DNA of 64,000 nucleotides from Candidatus Multivorans sp. (GCA_965247095.1 OZ251997.1:2112001-2176000), one strand, 5' to 3'. Shown: positions 1 to 10,738, numbered from the stretch's first letter. A program made the numbers and translations. The notes: a model not told the origin generated them from the sequence alone.

Positions 1-156
1 GGTTCCTACTCCTGGGGCGGCGCCTACTGCACCGTCTTCTGGGTCGATCCGGAGGAGGAGCTGATCGGCATCCTGATGACCCAGGTGAGGCCGTACACCC
101 ACCTCAACATCCGCCAGGATCTGCAGACGCTGACCTACCAGGCCATCGTCGACTGA
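1..156 (+). CDS. 3' end of serine hydrolase / beta-lactamase-family protein (partial)
   Basis: Frame 1 reads GSYSWGGAYCTVFWVDPEEELIGILMTQVRPY...YQAIVD*; WGG..T.FWVDP is the typical C-terminus of this family. Confidence 0.8.
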   Translation, partial: GSYSWGGAYCTVFWVDPEEELIGILMTQVRPYTHLNIRQDLQTLTYQAIVD

Positions 157-181
157 GCTGCGGGCAGCGTCGGGGACTCCG

Positions 182-1069
182 GTGGCAACCTGGGCAATCG
201 GCGATGTCCACGGCTGCTTCCGCACCCTGGAGGCGCTCGTAGACCGACTCGATCTCGACATCGGGCGAGATCGCCTCTGGATGGTCGGCGACCTGGTCAA
301 CCGGGGCCCGAGTTCCCTCCAAGTGCTCCGCTGGGCGCGGGCGCTGGACGACGAGATGGGCGATCGATTCCAGGTCGTGCTGGGAAACCACGACCTGCAC
401 CTGATCGCCCGGCAACTCGGAATCGCCAGGGCACGGTCGGGCGACACGCTGGAGGCGGCGCTGAGCGCCACCGACGGCCCCGACCTGGTCGACTGGCTTC
501 GTCGACGCCCCTTCATTCACTCCGCGCGGATCGGCGATACCGACTTCGTACTGGTCCACGCCGGATTGCTACCGGGCTGGTCCCGGAAGGACGCCCTCGA
601 GGCAGGCGAGCGCCTGCAGCGGCAGCTCCAGGGTCCAAGGGCCGAGTGCCTGCTGCGTCGCGAGAACACGGGCAGACACCGTGCGGCGGCCAGCAAGGCG
701 GCCCTGTCCGCGATGACACGCACGCGAATGCTCGACTCAAAGCGAGCCCCCCACGCCTACAACGGTCCGCTCGAAGAGGCGCCCCAGCACCTGAGCCCCT
801 GGTTCGCCGTCGAGCCTCGCGGCTGTCCCGACCACACCGTGGTCTGCGGTCACTGGGCCGCGCTCGGCCTGCACCTGCGGCCGAACCTGATCGCTCTGGA
901 CACCGGCTGCGTGTGGGGCGGGCTACTCACAGCGATCCGCCTCGAAGATCGCCGCGTCGTCCAGGAAGACGTGGTCGATCGACTCCAGGCGGTTGTCGAC
1001 ACCGCCGGCTGCTCACCAACGCCCAATGGGGCCTCCAAACCGCCTAAGGGCCGACTGCGGCGTTCCTGA
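182..1069 (+). CDS. apaH: Symmetrical bis(5'-nucleosyl)-tetraphosphatase
   Basis: Metallophosphoesterase motifs GDVHGC, GDLVNRGP, LGNHDLHL, VHAG, GHWAALG, LDTGCVWGG. Confidence 0.92.
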   Translation: MATWAIGDVHGCFRTLEALVDRLDLDIGRDRLWMVGDLVNRGPSSLQVLRWARALDDEMGDRFQVVLGNHDLHLIARQLGIARARSGDTLEAALSATDGPDLVDWLRRRPFIHSARIGDTDFVLVHAGLLPGWSRKDALEAGERLQRQLQGPRAECLLRRENTGRHRAAASKAALSAMTRTRMLDSKRAPHAYNGPLEEAPQHLSPWFAVEPRGCPDHTVVCGHWAALGLHLRPNLIALDTGCVWGGLLTAIRLEDRRVVQEDVVDRLQAVVDTAGCSPTPNGASKPPKGRLRRS

Positions 1070-1118
1070 GCCGACACCGGAACCGCAAGGGCCAATTTCG
1101 GACAGATACGCACGTTTC

Positions 1119-1149
1119 TTGACAGCAGCCGCATCCGCGGCGGTAGGCT
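1119..1149 (+). promoter_or_regulatory. Possible sigma70 promoter of the surface-protein gene
   Basis: TTGACA (1119-1124) and TAGGCT (1144-1149); 19-nt spacer is longer than optimal. Confidence 0.25.
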
Positions 1150-1403
1150 AGTTGCCGTCAGCCTCGACGGTCGTCGCGTCGTACGGGAGAGGGTGGTCGA
1201 TCAACCAACGATCGACGCGTGTCGTGGCCGACTGTCGCGGAAGTTCGGGTGTCCCTACAGGTAGCTTGAGGCTTCTGCTGGAGGAATCCCGGAATAGCGT
1301 TATGTCTATAAGTTGCTGTATAGTGAAGGGCTACCGGGGGCACTCGGGAACCAGGCATCCGCAATGCTCCCGGATCGGGCTTGACGGTAGACGGATCAAT
1401 AGG

Positions 1404-4400
1404 TTGAGAGCCCACCTTCAGCAGCCAGAGACTTCGGCGCCGCCTTGTCTCGCCGGAAGCGCGCATCGGCGAGTCGCGACGCGGGGCTGCGAGCGGCTCA
1501 CCGGCCTCTTGCTTCTGCTCGTCCTCCTCCTCCTCGGCTCGGCCGCTTCAGTCCAAGCACAGACGATTTCCATCGTAGGAGGGTCCGGCGACGAGCGAAC
1601 CGGCGTGCCGCTCACGGTCACGCTGAATCGCAGCTCTCAGAGCGGCGAAGTCCGCGTCCGGTACAAAGCCGACAACGGCCCAACGGCTCGAAGAACACCG
1701 ATTGCGAGCTCACGCAGTGTCACTCCCGGCGCAGACCTGTGCACACAGCCGGACGTGTTCGGTTACTACGGCCACTTCGAGTACCAGAGCGGGCAACTGA
1801 TCTTCCCGGCAGGAGATGACACGGTCGTAAGGACGGCGACCGTGCGAGTCTGTCCCGGTCGCTGCTTTCCGCCCTAGGGGTACCAACTGGAGTTCGTACT
1901 CCTTGACGACGGAGGAGTCACGCCCGATCAACGCACCGCCCTCGGAACGATTCTGCCGCTTCCGAATCAACCAACGCCCTGCACACCCCGTGTGATCGGT
2001 GGCGACGGCGGCGGCGGTGATGGCGGCGGCGGCGGTGATGACGGCGAGGGTGACGGCGAGGGCGAGGGTGACGGCGAGGGTGATGGCGACGGCGATGGCG
2101 ACGGCGATGGCGACGGCGAAGAGCCGACAGTCCGAATCGCCGACACTGAGGCCTCGGAGGACGAAGGCGGGCTGTCCTTTGCCGTAACCCTCTCATCGGA
2201 GACCGGCGAACAGGTAACCGTCGACTGGGCGACATCGGCGGGCACCGCCACTCCCGGCAGCGACCGGGACTACACCGAATCGAGTGGAACGCTGACCTTC
2301 ATGCCCGGTCAGACCGCCCGCACGATTCACGTCCCAGTGCGAGACGACAAGATTCAGGAGGACGACGAAACCCTGTCGGTTGCCCTGAGCGGGCCAACCA
2401 ACGCCACCATCAAGAACGACATGGGAACGGCTACCGGAACCATCGTCGACAACGACGCTTTCCCGCGCATCCGGATCGCCAATGCCTACGCCGATGAAGA
2501 CGATCGCGAACTGGAATTCGCGATCACGCTCGAGGGCCGCACCACCCGATCCGCAACGGTTGAGTGGACGACCACGCCGGGCACGGCGAAGCCCGACATG
2601 GACTACGTGCCGGCCAGCGGCACCCTGATCCTCGGTCCGACCGCAATCCGGGGAACCATCCTCGTCGAACTGATCGACGACGACGTGAAGGAAGACAACG
2701 AGACCCTGACCCTGACCCTCAGCCGGCCGGTGAACGCGAGGATCAATGGACGCACCATCTCGGCAACGGGCACCATCAGGGACAACGACAGGCTCCGTGA
2801 GCCGCCCCCACCGCCGCCCGAAATCCGGATCGCCGATTCCCGCGCCGACGAGTCCGCCGGCCGCCTTGTGTTCACAGCGACCCTAAGCCGAGCCGTGCAG
2901 CAGCCGGCGACCGTTCGTTGGGCCACCTCGGACGGATCGGCGACGGCGGGAACGGACTACGTCGCGGGGATCGGGACGCTGACCTTCGCACCAGGTGCGA
3001 CTTCGGCAGAGATCGCGGTCGGGCTGCTCGACGACCTGGTGCACGAAGAGACGGAGATCTTCCACATCACACTCTCCGATCCGGCGAATGCAACTCTCGG
3101 AGTATCGAAAGCGTCGGGCCTCATCCAGGACGCCGACGGACCCGAACTCGTCGAGGCCTGGCTCGCGCGCTTTGCCCGCACCGCCGCGAGTCACGCGTTG
3201 GAAGCGGTGGAAGATCGCATCCGGCGCCGACGCGACCATGGCTCTCACCTGACGATCGCAGGCCGGAGGCTCGACCTGTCCAGCGGCGATTCATGGGCCG
3301 CGGCAAGCTCCTCATGGACGGGCCCGGCAACCGGCGCGGGGCTGCTGCCCGGCCATCTTGGAACACCGGCCGCTGCCGTTACGTCCGGTGGGATGTCCGG
3401 TGTATTCGGCGGATCTTCCTCTACGAGTCTGCTCCAACCCCCGACTGGCTTCGGGGTACGGCAGCCCTACGGTGGCCCGGCGATCGGGCGAACCGGCCAC
3501 TCCGGAGTGTTCGGCATGGAGTTGGGTGACCTGCTGCTGCGGAGTTCCTTCCAGTTCTCCGGCGCCACTGGCGGGGAACGGATCGGCCTGGGCCTCGTCG
3601 CCCCAGCCGACGAAGGAAGCGAACCCGACGCGGAAGGCTCCACCGGCTACGGCTGGTCGATCTGGGGCCGTGGCGCAACGACACGCTTCGGCGGCGGCGA
3701 AGACAATCTGTCCGTCGACGGTGATGTCGCGACCGGCACGGTGGGAATCGACTTCGAGCGCGGACGCGTCATCTTCGGCGTCGCCGCCTCTCACAGCTTC
3801 GGGCAGGGCGACGTCCTCGAGTACGGAAACGGGCGCCGGGTCAAGCGGGACACCGACATGGAGAGTTCCCTGACCACCGGTCTGCCCTACCTGCGGGTCG
3901 CACTGACCGACGGCCTGTCGATCTGGGGCATCCTCGGCCGCGGCCGGGGCTCGATGACGATGACCCAGGGCGACCTCGGCTCGGTCGAGACCGACATCGC
4001 GATGAGCATGGGCGCACTTGGCCTCCGGCAAGACCTGAAGAAGTCCGCTTCCGAGTGCCACTGTCTCGACCTGGCCCTGAAGACCGACTTCCTGATGCTG
4101 AACGCCACCGCCGACGAGAGCGTGGCCCTGCCCGAGCTGTCGAGGGACGTGAGTCGTGCACGCCTGATGATGTAGGGGTCCAGGACCACGAAGCTCGACT
4201 CGGGCGCGGTGCTCATACCGTCCGCTGAAGTGGGTCTGCGCTGGGACGGCGGGGACGCGGAGACGGGAGGCGGAATGGAGTTCGGCGCCGGTATCCGCTA
4301 CGCGAATGCCCCTCACGGATTGCTCATGGAGCTGAAGGGCCGTTCGCTGCTGACCCACCAGTCCGGCGAACTCACCGAATGGGGCCTTGCCGGCGCCATC

Positions 4401-4775
4401 CGAGTCGATCCCGGGCCGTCGGATCGCGGTCTCTCGTTCGGCCTGCGCTCCTCCTGGGGTAACGCCTCGAGTGGCGTTACCCGTCTCTGGGAGCAGCAAC
4501 AGGGCGCCACGGCGCTCGGATACCGCAACACAGAGATGAGATCCCTGGCGGAAGCCGATCTCGGCTACCGGCTGAACCTGTTCGGCGACCGCACCAGACT
4601 GATGCCATACCTTGGCGCCGGCCTGTCGGAACAGTCGGGGCAGGCGTACCGTCTCGGTGCACGGCTGAGACTCTGGGAGTCGCTCGATCTCGACCTCGAA
4701 GGCGCGCACCGCGACAGTCCCGGACTCCTGCCGTCAGGCTATGTGCTCGGCGTCCGCGGTTCCTACCGCTGGTAG
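1404..4775 (+). pseudogene. Calx-beta-repeat surface protein with autotransporter-like C-terminal beta-barrel, interrupted by two in-frame TAG codons (pseudogene or readthrough gene; start uncertain)
   Basis: ORFs 1152-1877, 1992-4175 and 4209-4775 share one frame, separated only by TAG at 1875-1877 and 4173-4175. Signal peptide LLLLLVLLLLGSAASVQA, Calx-beta motifs (VDWATSAGTA..DY..SGTLTF), barrel motifs WSIWGRG and GLRWDGGDAETG, terminal GSYRW. Confidence 0.8.
1998..2120 (+). repeat. Gly/Asp/Glu low-complexity coding repeat (GD/GE linker)
   Basis: Tandem ggcgac/ggtgat/ggcgag hexamers encoding GGDGGGG...GDGEGEGDGEGDGDGDGDGD. Confidence 0.85.
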
Positions 4776-4915
4776 CGGGGTTGGGGCCAAACGCCGAGCC
4801 CGCGCGGAGTTTGGCGGCTCTTGCAGATTCATCGGGCTGCTCCGGAAACCAATCCGGGCGCCGATGCGTTGTACCTTGTGGAGGCCACCGGTTCATCTCC
4901 GGGGATCGACAGGAA

Positions 4916-4986
4916 GAACCCGGGTGGCGCGATCCGCGCCACCCGCGAACCAGTCCGAGCGCCCGTCATCGGGCGCTCGGATGGAA
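4916..4986 (+). repeat. 71-bp double-hairpin extragenic element, copy 1
   Basis: gaacc-CGGGTGGCGCG atc CGCGCCACCCG-cgaaccag-TCCGAGCGCCCG tcat CGGGCGCTCGGA-tggaa; 68/71 identical to the reverse complement of 19168-19238. Confidence 0.9.
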
Positions 4987-4996
4987 GGCAATCGAC

Positions 4997-5314
4997 ATGA
5001 AGGACGCATACGCGATCTCGCGGATCCTGCTGGCCGATGTCTACGACGCGACGGCGCACGAGGAGTCGGCCCCGGCGCCGCCGCGCCAGCGCCTGCGCCG
5101 GCTTGCACTCACCCTGTCGACGCTGCTCTTTGCGGCGGCTCACGCGCCGGCCGCCAAGCGGGCAGCGCCTGACGAGGCGCTCGACCACCTGAACGAGATG
5201 ACGCTGACGATCGGCGCCTGTGAGAGCGGCGGAGTGCTCTCCCCCGCCGAAGCAGAGCGCCTCCGCCAGATGAGCGAGGCGTTGGACCGCAGCCTCCGCC
5301 ACGACCGCGGCTAG
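4997..5314 (+). CDS. Small, probably helical hypothetical protein (105 aa)
   Basis: ATG at 4997 preceded by ggaagg; GC3-biased codons; converges on the ATP-grasp gene. Confidence 0.55.
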   Translation: MKDAYAISRILLADVYDATAHEESAPAPPRQRLRRLALTLSTLLFAAAHAPAAKRAAPDEALDHLNEMTLTIGACESGGVLSPAEAERLRQMSEALDRSLRHDRG

Positions 5315-5317
5315 AAC

Positions 5318-6706
5318 TCAGCGCAGTCCGAGCCGCCCCGGTAGTTCTTCGATCATCAACTGATCGACGTGCCCAGGGCCCGAGCCGATCGCCACTACGT
5401 CGAACTTGCCGAACCGCTCCAGCGGCCCAACGTTGTAGAGCAGGAAGCGCCCCGCACCGACCCCGCGGTCGCGCAGTGAATCGCCCAGTCTGTCCAAGAG
5501 TTCCTCGAAGCTCAGGCCCGCCAGATCGCGGTGGACGAAGCCCTGCGCCTGGTAGGGGGGCCGGCCCTCGGGATACAGCCGGTCGACCAGGTTCATCGGC
5601 GTGCTCGTACCGCCCCAGCGCCCGTTGCATTCCGTGAACACGACCCGATCCCGCTGCAGCACCAGGTGGTCGAACGAGCAGCGGCCAACATAGCCCATCC
5701 CCTGCAGAGCGGCCGCCACCTGGCCGGACTGCGAGACGATCGCCTGCTCTACATCGGCGGGCAGTCCGCTCGGCCGGCTGCCCACGAAGACGCCCTCCTC
5801 GCCCGCCAGGATCTGCTCGTAGACACCGTCGAGCCGCGGCCCGCCGCCGCCCGGCGGCGGCAGCCACCACTGGGTCGACGGCGACGATGTCGATTCTTCC
5901 CAGGCAACCGCGAGCACCTCTTCGCTACCGTCCCATCCCGTGCGTTCGAGAAAACCGCGGACGATGTCGAGTACGCCGATGAACCCCTTTCGGCGCAGGG
6001 CCGGCGACTCGAACACCTCGTTGCCCATGGCCGACGCACACCGCAACCGCTTGAGCGCAACCGCCGGACTCGCCTCGGCCAGCTCGAGCAATGCGCGAGC
6101 CAGGGCCTCGGCGGACGCCGAGCGACGGCTGGCGGGCAGGAAGCCGGGTCCCAGAGCCGCGGTCACCAGATCCTCGAAGCTCGCCTTGTCGTTGGCAATC
6201 CAGGCGACCGGTGGCGGCGGCGCCAGCACCCGCACTGGTGTCCCGGTATCGGTAGCGACCGTAGCGGCCAGCTCCCAGATCACCTCGATGCCCATGAAGG
6301 GCTCGACCACCAATCCCCCCCTTGCGGTCGCCAGAGCGGCCAAACGGGCACGGGGAGCACCGGCCATGCAGCCCCGCGCGACCGCGAGCCGGTCGCGACC
6401 AGGATCGACCTCCAGCAACTCTGCCGCGCCGAGACCCAAGACACCCCGGAAGTACCGCTCGTACCCGGGCGAGGCGGGGGTCGTGGCGGCAACGATGTCA
6501 CCCTGCGCCGCCCGAAGTCGGGCCCGGTGCTGGTAGGACTCGGCGCCCGCGATTCCGTCGAGAAAGGGAATCCCCGTGAAGTCGTCGATGTGCAGAGCCG
6601 GTGTCCCGCCGTCGTTCCCCAGGTAGCGGTAGGGCTCGAACGCGACCAGCCGGCGCCGGAGGTCGAGCCGCTCCTCGAAGTCCTCCACAACCAGGCGAAC
6701 GCTCAT
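5318..6706 (-). CDS. ATP-grasp fold ligase (preATP-grasp/PGM1-like)
   Basis: ANDKASF, ALKRLRCASAMGN loop, GYVGRCSFD, FTECNGRWGGTS (ExNxR); ATG overlaps menE stop (ATGA). Confidence 0.75.
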   Translation of the reverse strand: MSVRLVVEDFEERLDLRRRLVAFEPYRYLGNDGGTPALHIDDFTGIPFLDGIAGAESYQHRARLRAAQGDIVAATTPASPGYERYFRGVLGLGAAELLEVDPGRDRLAVARGCMAGAPRARLAALATARGGLVVEPFMGIEVIWELAATVATDTGTPVRVLAPPPPVAWIANDKASFEDLVTAALGPGFLPASRRSASAEALARALLELAEASPAVALKRLRCASAMGNEVFESPALRRKGFIGVLDIVRGFLERTGWDGSEEVLAVAWEESTSSPSTQWWLPPPGGGGPRLDGVYEQILAGEEGVFVGSRPSGLPADVEQAIVSQSGQVAAALQGMGYVGRCSFDHLVLQRDRVVFTECNGRWGGTSTPMNLVDRLYPEGRPPYQAQGFVHRDLAGLSFEELLDRLGDSLRDRGVGAGRFLLYNVGPLERFGKFDVVAIGSGPGHVDQLMIEELPGRLGLR

Positions 6707-8121
6707 CGCACCGCTCCCGGCGAGCAGGCGCTGCCCGATTCGACCAGCAGACGGCGGCAGGTCCGCCGGTCCACCTTGCCCGAGGGCGCTACCGGGAGCC
6801 GCTCGACTACCCGCCATTGCCTCGGCAGCTTGAAGCCGGCCAGTCGGGCGCCGAGACGCCGCTCCAGTTCAGCGAGCCCGCCAAGCGACTCGAACCCAGC
6901 AGCCGGGACCAGGACGGCGCCCACCTGCTCGCCCCACTCCTCGTCCTCCAGACCGACGACGCAGGCGGCCGCGGCGCCCTTCCACTCGAGCACGGCGGCT
7001 TCGACCTCGGCCGGATCGACGTTCTCTCCGCCGGTCACGATCCGGTCCGCGCGCCGGCCCAGGACACGCAGCCGGCCACGCTCGTCGACCGCGCCCACGT
7101 CGCCGGTGTCGAACCAGCCGTCCGCGTCGAAGGGACGGTCCAGCGGCGCGCCCGGTTCGGCGGCGAGATAGCCGTCGAAGAGGACCGACCCTCGGATCTG
7201 GATCGAACCCGAGGCGCCCACCCTTGCCTCGACGCCGGGCACAGGCGGTCCGACGCCGCCGGCAGAGAGGTTCGCCGGACGCTCCGTGGCGACCTGGGAA
7301 CACGCCTCCGTGAGCCCGTAGGTCGCGAACACCGGCCAGCTTCGCCGCCGGGCGCGCGCCATCAGCGCGGGCGGCGCCGGCGCCCCACCCACGAGCACCG
7401 CGCGCAGCGATTCCGGCGGACACCCCTCGTGACCGTCCAGGAGGCGGCCGAGCATCGTGGGCACCACGGACAGCAGGGTCACCCGCTGGCGCTCGATCAG
7501 ACGCAGCGCACCGTCCGGGTCAAAGGCGCCGTCCGCCCTGCGCCCCCCCAAGACGATCGTCCTCCGCGCCAGGAGCGATCGGACCACGATCATGAGACCG
7601 CCCACGTGCGCCGTCGGCAGGCTGAGTAGCCAGCGATCGCCCTCATGGCATCCAAAGACTGCGGCGTGCGCCTCCGACGAAGCCCGTAGCGCCCCGTGGC
7701 TGAGGACGGCGCCTCGCGGCCGGCCCGTGCTGCCGGACGTAAACACTACCACCGCGCCGCCGCCGATCGGGCTGTTGTTCGCTGCGCCGCCGGGCAGCGC
7801 GGTCAGGGCGCCGGCACCCTCGATCACGAACGAGGCGCCGGTCATCGTCAGCACCCGGTCCCTCTCGGCACTGGTCCAGCGCGGATGAAGGAGGACGAAG
7901 GACACCCGGTCCTCCAACAGGGCCAGGACCGCGGTGACGGTCTCGACGCCCATGCCGCCCACCACCGCGACTACCTGATGCGACGCGCCCTCGAGACGGC
8001 TCTGAACAACGGCGCGGACAGGGTCCGTACGCTCCGCCAGATCGGCCCATGTCAGCGCGCGCCCGCCATGGGCAAGCGCAACCCCCTCCGGCGCCTCCCG
8101 CGCGGCGGCCCGAACCGACAA
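6703..8121 (-). CDS. menE: o-succinylbenzoate-CoA ligase (start approximate, TTG 8121 or CTG 8133)
   Basis: AMP-binding motifs FTSGSTGRPRG, TYGLTEACSQV, WFDTGDVG, GRRADRIVTGGENV, SGKVDR; men operon context. Confidence 0.88.
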   Translation of the reverse strand: MSVRAAAREAPEGVALAHGGRALTWADLAERTDPVRAVVQSRLEGASHQVVAVVGGMGVETVTAVLALLEDRVSFVLLHPRWTSAERDRVLTMTGASFVIEGAGALTALPGGAANNSPIGGGAVVVFTSGSTGRPRGAVLSHGALRASSEAHAAVFGCHEGDRWLLSLPTAHVGGLMIVVRSLLARRTIVLGGRRADGAFDPDGALRLIERQRVTLLSVVPTMLGRLLDGHEGCPPESLRAVLVGGAPAPPALMARARRRSWPVFATYGLTEACSQVATERPANLSAGGVGPPVPGVEARVGASGSIQIRGSVLFDGYLAAEPGAPLDRPFDADGWFDTGDVGAVDERGRLRVLGRRADRIVTGGENVDPAEVEAAVLEWKGAAAACVVGLEDEEWGEQVGAVLVPAAGFESLGGLAELERRLGARLAGFKLPRQWRVVERLPVAPSGKVDRRTCRRLLVESGSACSPGAVR

Positions 8122-8129
8122 TTCCGTTC

Positions 8130-9020
8130 TCAGTTTGCAGCCCCCAATACGATGCCGACCGACAACAGGACACCGAACACCAGGAGCAGGCGGGCAGTCG
8201 CCGCCAGAGACGCATTCAAAGCCGCTCCCTCGCCCCGCCATACCGACCGCAGCACGGTCACCGCAAGCGGCAGCGCCAGCCAGGACAGGAGAGGCCAGAG
8301 GCCCAGGTGGGGCACCAGCGGCAGCGTCGCAAGGTGGGCGAACAGCAGCAGCGCCGCATACTCGAGCCGCGCGAACCGGGGGCCGAAGCGCACCGCCAAC
8401 GTCCGCTTGCCGGCGAGCGCGTCCCCTTCAAGGTCGCGCAGGTTGTTGGTGACCAGGATCGCCGTCGCCAGCGCACCCACTGCGAGGCCGGACCACCACG
8501 CCGCAACCGGCACCTGCAACGCCTGCACGTACACCGTGCCGCATACCGCCACCAGGCCGAAGAAGAGGACGACGAACAGATCGCCCAAGCCGGTGTACGC
8601 CAACGCCCAGGGCCCGGCCGTGTAGAGCAGACCGGACACGATCGACACCGCGCCGACAACGAGCACCGGCCAGCCGGCCACAGCCGCAAGATAGAGCCCG
8701 CACGCCATGCAGATCCCGAACGCGACCCAGGCCCCGGCCCATACCTGGCCGCGGCTGAGCAGTCCCGACTGAACCGCTCGCGCCGGGCCGACGCGTCGCT
8801 GTGTGTCGGCGCCACGGTCGAAGTCGAGGACATCGTTGGAGAGGTTGGTGCCGATCTGGATCGAGATCGCGACGCCCAGGGCAGCCAGGGCGGGACCGGG
8901 GATGAAACCGGTGACGGAGACGGCGCAAGCCGTACCGACCACCACCGGCGTCACCGCGGCCCAGAGGGTCTTCGGCCGGCTCGCCTGCACCCAGGCTCGC
9001 AGGCCTCCGCGGCGGCTCAT
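8130..9020 (-). CDS. menA: 1,4-dihydroxy-2-naphthoate prenyltransferase
   Basis: [42 protein letters not shown]; multi-TM; ATG overlaps menB stop. Confidence 0.93.
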   Translation of the reverse strand: MSRRGGLRAWVQASRPKTLWAAVTPVVVGTACAVSVTGFIPGPALAALGVAISIQIGTNLSNDVLDFDRGADTQRRVGPARAVQSGLLSRGQVWAGAWVAFGICMACGLYLAAVAGWPVLVVGAVSIVSGLLYTAGPWALAYTGLGDLFVVLFFGLVAVCGTVYVQALQVPVAAWWSGLAVGALATAILVTNNLRDLEGDALAGKRTLAVRFGPRFARLEYAALLLFAHLATLPLVPHLGLWPLLSWLALPLAVTVLRSVWRGEGAALNASLAATARLLLVFGVLLSVGIVLGAAN

Positions 9021-9865
9021 GGATAGCGCTGAAACTTCGAGAAATCGGGCTTCCGTTTCTCGAGGAACGCCTGCCGCCCCTCCTGCCCCTCCTGCGTCAT
9101 GTAGAACAGCAGCGTCGCGTTGCCCGCCAGTTCCTGGAGACCCGCCTGGCCGTCGCAGTCGGCGTTCATCGCCGCCTTCAGGCAACGCAGCGCCATGGGG
9201 CTGTTGGCCAGCATCTCGCGGCACCACTGGAGCGTCTCCTCCTCGAGCCGTTCCAGCGGCACGACGGTGTTGACGAGTCCCATGTCCAGCGCCTGCCGGG
9301 CGTCGTACTGGCGGCACAGGAACCAGATCTCCCGCGCCTTCTTCTGACCCACGATCCGTGCCATGTAGGAAGCGCCGTAGCCGCCGTCGAAGCTGCCCAC
9401 CCGGGGGCCGGTCTGGCCAAAGCGGGCGTTGTCCGCGGCGATCGTCAGATCGCAGATCATGTGCAGCACGTGCCCACCACCGATCGCATAGCCGGCGACC
9501 ATGGCGACGACCGGTTTCGGCAACGTGCGAATCTGCCGCTGCAGGTCGAGGACGTTGAGGCGCGGCACACCGTCGTCCCCGACGTAGCCGGCGTCGCCCC
9601 GGATCCGCTGATCGCCGCCCGAACAGAACGCCAACGGCCCTTCGCCGGTCAGGATGACCGCTCCGACTTCGCCGTCGTCCCGCGCCTGGTCGACCGCCGC
9701 GCTCATCTCCTTGACCGTCAGCGGCCGGAAGGCGTTGCGAACCTCCGGCCGGTTGATCGTGATCTTGGCGATCCCCTCCGGTTCGCCATCGACATGGGAC
9801 TTCTCGTACCGAATGTCGGTGTACTCACCGGCGCTGCGCCACTCCTGGCCCGATTCTCCACTCAT
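9017..9865 (-). CDS. menB: 1,4-dihydroxy-2-naphthoyl-CoA synthase
   Basis: [50 protein letters not shown]. Confidence 0.97.
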   Translation of the reverse strand: MSGESGQEWRSAGEYTDIRYEKSHVDGEPEGIAKITINRPEVRNAFRPLTVKEMSAAVDQARDDGEVGAVILTGEGPLAFCSGGDQRIRGDAGYVGDDGVPRLNVLDLQRQIRTLPKPVVAMVAGYAIGGGHVLHMICDLTIAADNARFGQTGPRVGSFDGGYGASYMARIVGQKKAREIWFLCRQYDARQALDMGLVNTVVPLERLEEETLQWCREMLANSPMALRCLKAAMNADCDGQAGLQELAGNATLLFYMTQEGQEGRQAFLEKRKPDFSKFQRYP

Positions 9866-9970
9866 CCCGCACGCCTCCTTCGACCGGCGACACTACAACG
9901 CCCAGGCCTCCCGAACCGAGTTACCAGGCCTCAACAAAGACTCATCTCTCACTCCTCATCCAGGAGGCGG

Positions 9971-10738
9971 TTATCCCCTTCCCTCTGCCGCATCACTCAG
10001 CAGCCGGGCCAATTCGGCCGGCGCCTCCAACGGGACGTTGTGACCAACGCCATCGACGACCCGGAGCCTCGCGACGGGAAGCTGCTCGACCATCTGCCTC
10101 GCCAAAGCGACGAACTTCGTATCCAGACCACCCACGATCAGCTCGACCGGGCAGGAGATCGTGGGCAAGAAGGACCGGTAGTCCGGCATCGCTCCGAGAC
10201 TGAGCGCTCTCATCGCCGCAGCCAGGGCCAACGGGTCGTGACCAAGGCGAATCCGTCGCTGCTCTTCGAGCACTTCGGCGCCGAGCCGCTTCTGGCTTCG
10301 AAAGAGCGGCAGGTCCGACCACTTGCCGTCGAACGCGTCGAGGCCCTGTTGCTCGATGCAGCGCGCCCACTTCTCGTCCGACGCCCTCCGGGCCTCCCGC
10401 TCGTCCTCGGCGTCGATGCCCGGATTCGCGCCGATCAGGGCGGCGCCCGCGAACAGGTTGGGACGATGGACGAGCAGACCGAGCGCCAGACGGCCGCCCA
10501 GGGAGTAGCCGGCTACGAGCCGCGGCGGCGACACACGGGCCTCGATCTCCAATGCGAGTCGGCTCACCTCGGCCTCGAAGGTGTGGCCAGCCCTCCGGTC
10601 TTCTCCCGGTGAGCCGTCTTCGTTGCCGGCGTGCCCGCAGACTGCCGGAGTGTGAGTCGGCACCTGGAGCAGCGGCTTAATCCGCCGCCAACTCTCCGGG
10701 CTGCCGGAGAACCCGTGGATCAGGACAGCCGTCGTCAT
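9971..10738 (-). CDS. menH: SHCHC synthase (alpha/beta hydrolase)
   Basis: LIHGFSG, GYSLGGRLAL, RRASDEKWA, GHNVPLEAP; ATG overlaps menD stop. Confidence 0.9.
   Translation of the reverse strand: MTTAVLIHGFSGSPESWRRIKPLLQVPTHTPAVCGHAGNEDGSPGEDRRAGHTFEAEVSRLALEIEARVSPPRLVAGYSLGGRLALGLLVHRPNLFAGAALIGANPGIDAEDEREARRASDEKWARCIEQQGLDAFDGKWSDLPLFRSQKRLGAEVLEEQRRIRLGHDPLALAAAMRALSLGAMPDYRSFLPTISCPVELIVGGLDTKFVALARQMVEQLPVARLRVVDGVGHNVPLEAPAELARLLSDAAEGRG

Noticed and set aside
971-1201. gtggtcgatc repeated at ~971 and ~1192, with an extended ApaH tail, as an integration site
   Set aside because: A 10-bp match is within chance in high-GC DNA; no integrase or distal att copy seen
1875-4175. Genome-wide TAG reassignment or pyrrolysine
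   Set aside because: TAG ends menF, ADH2 and this gene at natural C-termini; no pyl genes or suppressor tRNA in the window
4916-4986. 71-bp element as T-box, tRNA or intrinsic terminator
   Set aside because: GGGTGGCGCG lacks the T-box UGGNACC, there is no cloverleaf, and no U-tract follows either stem
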